The notes below the pieces were generated by a model. It was given only the letters and a program-made list of their open reading frames with translations. It searched no databases and was not told the DNA's origin. Below are positions 62,311-64,000 of a DNA stretch of 64,000 nt, one piece after another; positions within the stretch are counted from its first letter, which is position 1, and the number at the start of each line of letters is the position of its first letter. The translations under genes and the position numbers were made by a program. Location of the stretch: contig CALSPG010000006.1 in NCBI GenBank assembly GCA_943788175.1, positions 160,001 to 224,000 on the forward strand, given 5' to 3'. The stretch comes from an uncultured bacterium. GTDB taxonomy: Bacteria > Fidelibacterota > Marinisomatia > Marinisomatales > UBA1611.

Positions 62311-63716
62311 ATTGAGGATTCGATTGTGCCACCCTTTTTATCTCTACTATATTTTTTGACAAATTACTAACCTTCACTGAATTATCTATTCTGTGTCCAC
62401 ACAACCATATAATTTTTTCTCCTGCTAACAAAACAACTTGATTCCATTTTTCAAACTGATTTACTTTTTTTATTAATTAAATAGTCACTCACTTTCTGAT
62501 TACCAGACATACCAAGGGGGCTAAAACTATCACCACTTCTCCAAAGTCTTAAGTATAATTTTTGATTCTTTATTTTATCTAATTCAAATAGTTCAATATT
62601 TGGATCAGCTGAGAATTTTGAACTTTTATCTACTCTTTTTAAAATATATTCGTATTCAATGTAATTTATTTTTTTGTCTTCGTGAATACGTGTCTTAACT
62701 TTTTTTATATTTGTTTGATTTAATTGAAGTAAATATTGAATTCGATCATTTAAAAGAATCCATCTAAATCTTGATTTATAAATATTCCCGATTTTTTTAT
62801 TTAGTAAAAAATTTTTAATATTTTCAAAATCATATTTCCTTAATCGCCCTAAAGTACTTGTTAGGTTTTGAAGAACTAGGATTCTGGCAATTATCGGTAA
62901 CTTACTAAAAGCGTTCTTACTAATTGTAAAATACCCTTCCTTCATTTGTGAGATATGTAATGAAATGAAATCATTTATAAAAAATTGTAAAGCATTTTGA
63001 TATTCTTGAAAATTAGAACCAGCAGTAGCAATTGATTCTACTACCTCATTATCATAGCGCTCCCAAGGTTTTAAAATTTGTTTTCGTATAAAATTGCGTT
63101 TGAAGTTGAGATTGTCATTTGATGCATCATTTATATGTGGAATGCTATATTTATCAATCATTCTATTTAATTGATTTTTTGAAAATGATAAAAGAGGTCT
63201 AATAATATTTTTATATTCAATTTTCATCCCACTCAATCCATATAAACCAGCTTGTTCAGATAAATTTTTTAATATCGTTTCTACTTGATCATTCTTATGA
63301 TGCCCTGTAACAATAACATCACTTTCTGTTTTTATGGCAAGTTCATTTAAGATGTTATATCTACCTTTCCTTGCCCACGATTCAATACTTTCCTTTTTAG
63401 TCTTCTCTTTTGGGTTTAATTGCCTAATAATTGTTTCTACTTTTAATACCCTGCCTAATTCAACTATGAATTTTTGATCATCAATACTATTGATTCGAAG
63501 ATTATGATTTATATGAGCTACTATTATATTTCGCTTACTACTTTCAAAAAATCTCAAAATTAAATATAAGAGAAGAACAGAATCACTTCCACCAGATAAG
63601 GACACTAATACTTTTACATTCTCTTTTGCTTTAAAAAAATTTTTAAAACAATTTTTAAAAACTAAAAAATCTTTTTCTTGAAAAACATCCGGGTTAGGTA
63701 TTTGAGAGATAACCAA
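62306..63716 (-). CDS. tilS: tRNA(Ile)-lysidine synthetase, 1-nt frameshift in an A7 tract (62465-62471)
   Basis: SGGSDS, HINHNLR, AR..RY, GHHKNDQVET, IRPLL, RNFIR; the C-terminal IIWLCGHR continues in the shifted frame. Confidence 0.92.
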
Positions 63717-63739
63717 TTAAAAGCCTCACAGAAAAGCTA

Positions 63740-64000
63740 TTAAATATTGTTGAAAAATAAATCAGATAGACATTGAATCTTGTCCTCATAAGAATGAGGG
63801 TATAGAAACCATTCTGTTGCGGAAATACTGCTTAATATTGAGTTTCCATCCTGAGGTGTAAAGCAAAACCCCGTAATTTCATTTCCATTCCTAATGTTCA
63901 AAGACTGTTCGACAATGACTGTTTGATTTAATATCCGACCATAATGCCCATGGTCTCTGCCAAAAGAAAAAACAGAACTAGTCATGTTTTTGGTTGTCAT
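63740..64000 (-). CDS. 3' end of a protein resembling archaeal-type (class II) GAPDH
   Basis: Partial. The pattern RDHG...L....E.SLN..NGNE......Q resembles my recollection of the archaeal GAPDH C-terminus RDLG...L....EES..V.G.E......HQE. Confidence 0.35.
   Translation of the reverse strand: MTTKNMTSSVFSFGRDHGHYGRILNQTVIVEQSLNIRNGNEITGFCFTPQDGNSILSSISATEWFLYPHSYEDKIQCLSDLFFNNI

Noticed and set aside
14291-63716. Calling der, xerD, clpC, lolD and tilS pseudogenes
   Set aside because: Each has a single indel, intact motifs on both sides and mostly essential functions; sequencing error is more parsimonious

Overview
AT-rich bacterial chromosomal window, almost all on the minus strand and mostly housekeeping genes. 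Gene order (rplM-rpsI-rpsB-tsf-pyrH-frr; tilS-hpt-ftsH-folP-cdaA-prfB-lysS-lolCED-clpC-dnaK-tamB/tamA; moxR-DUF58; accBC-gcvH-GGGP synthase) and a C-terminal PNPFNP sorting domain suggest an FCB-superphylum marine bacterium, plausibly Marinimicrobia (inference, not searched). The accessory region lies at about 11.5-18.4 kb, beside tRNA-fMet. It holds (i) a 3-gene operon: Pycsar-effector-like (PycTM/DUF5706) membrane protein, collagen-like lipoprotein, GAF-adenylate cyclase; (ii) two related ~70-nt structured elements with anti-Shine-Dalgarno (CCUCC) loops, one behind an ECF-sigma-like promoter that also precedes outer-membrane biogenesis genes; (iii) a divergent secreted cutinase/PETase-like hydrolase; (iv) a Crp-family regulator. 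Also seen: the programmed +1 frameshift of prfB, a PyrR leader, a sigma54-like dnaK promoter, an XerD with a large insertion and several genes that appear to need ATA/ATC starts. Six single-base frameshifts (der, xerD, clpC, lolD, tilS, hydrolase) are most likely sequencing or assembly indels. All family calls come from motif recognition by eye; no database searches were run.
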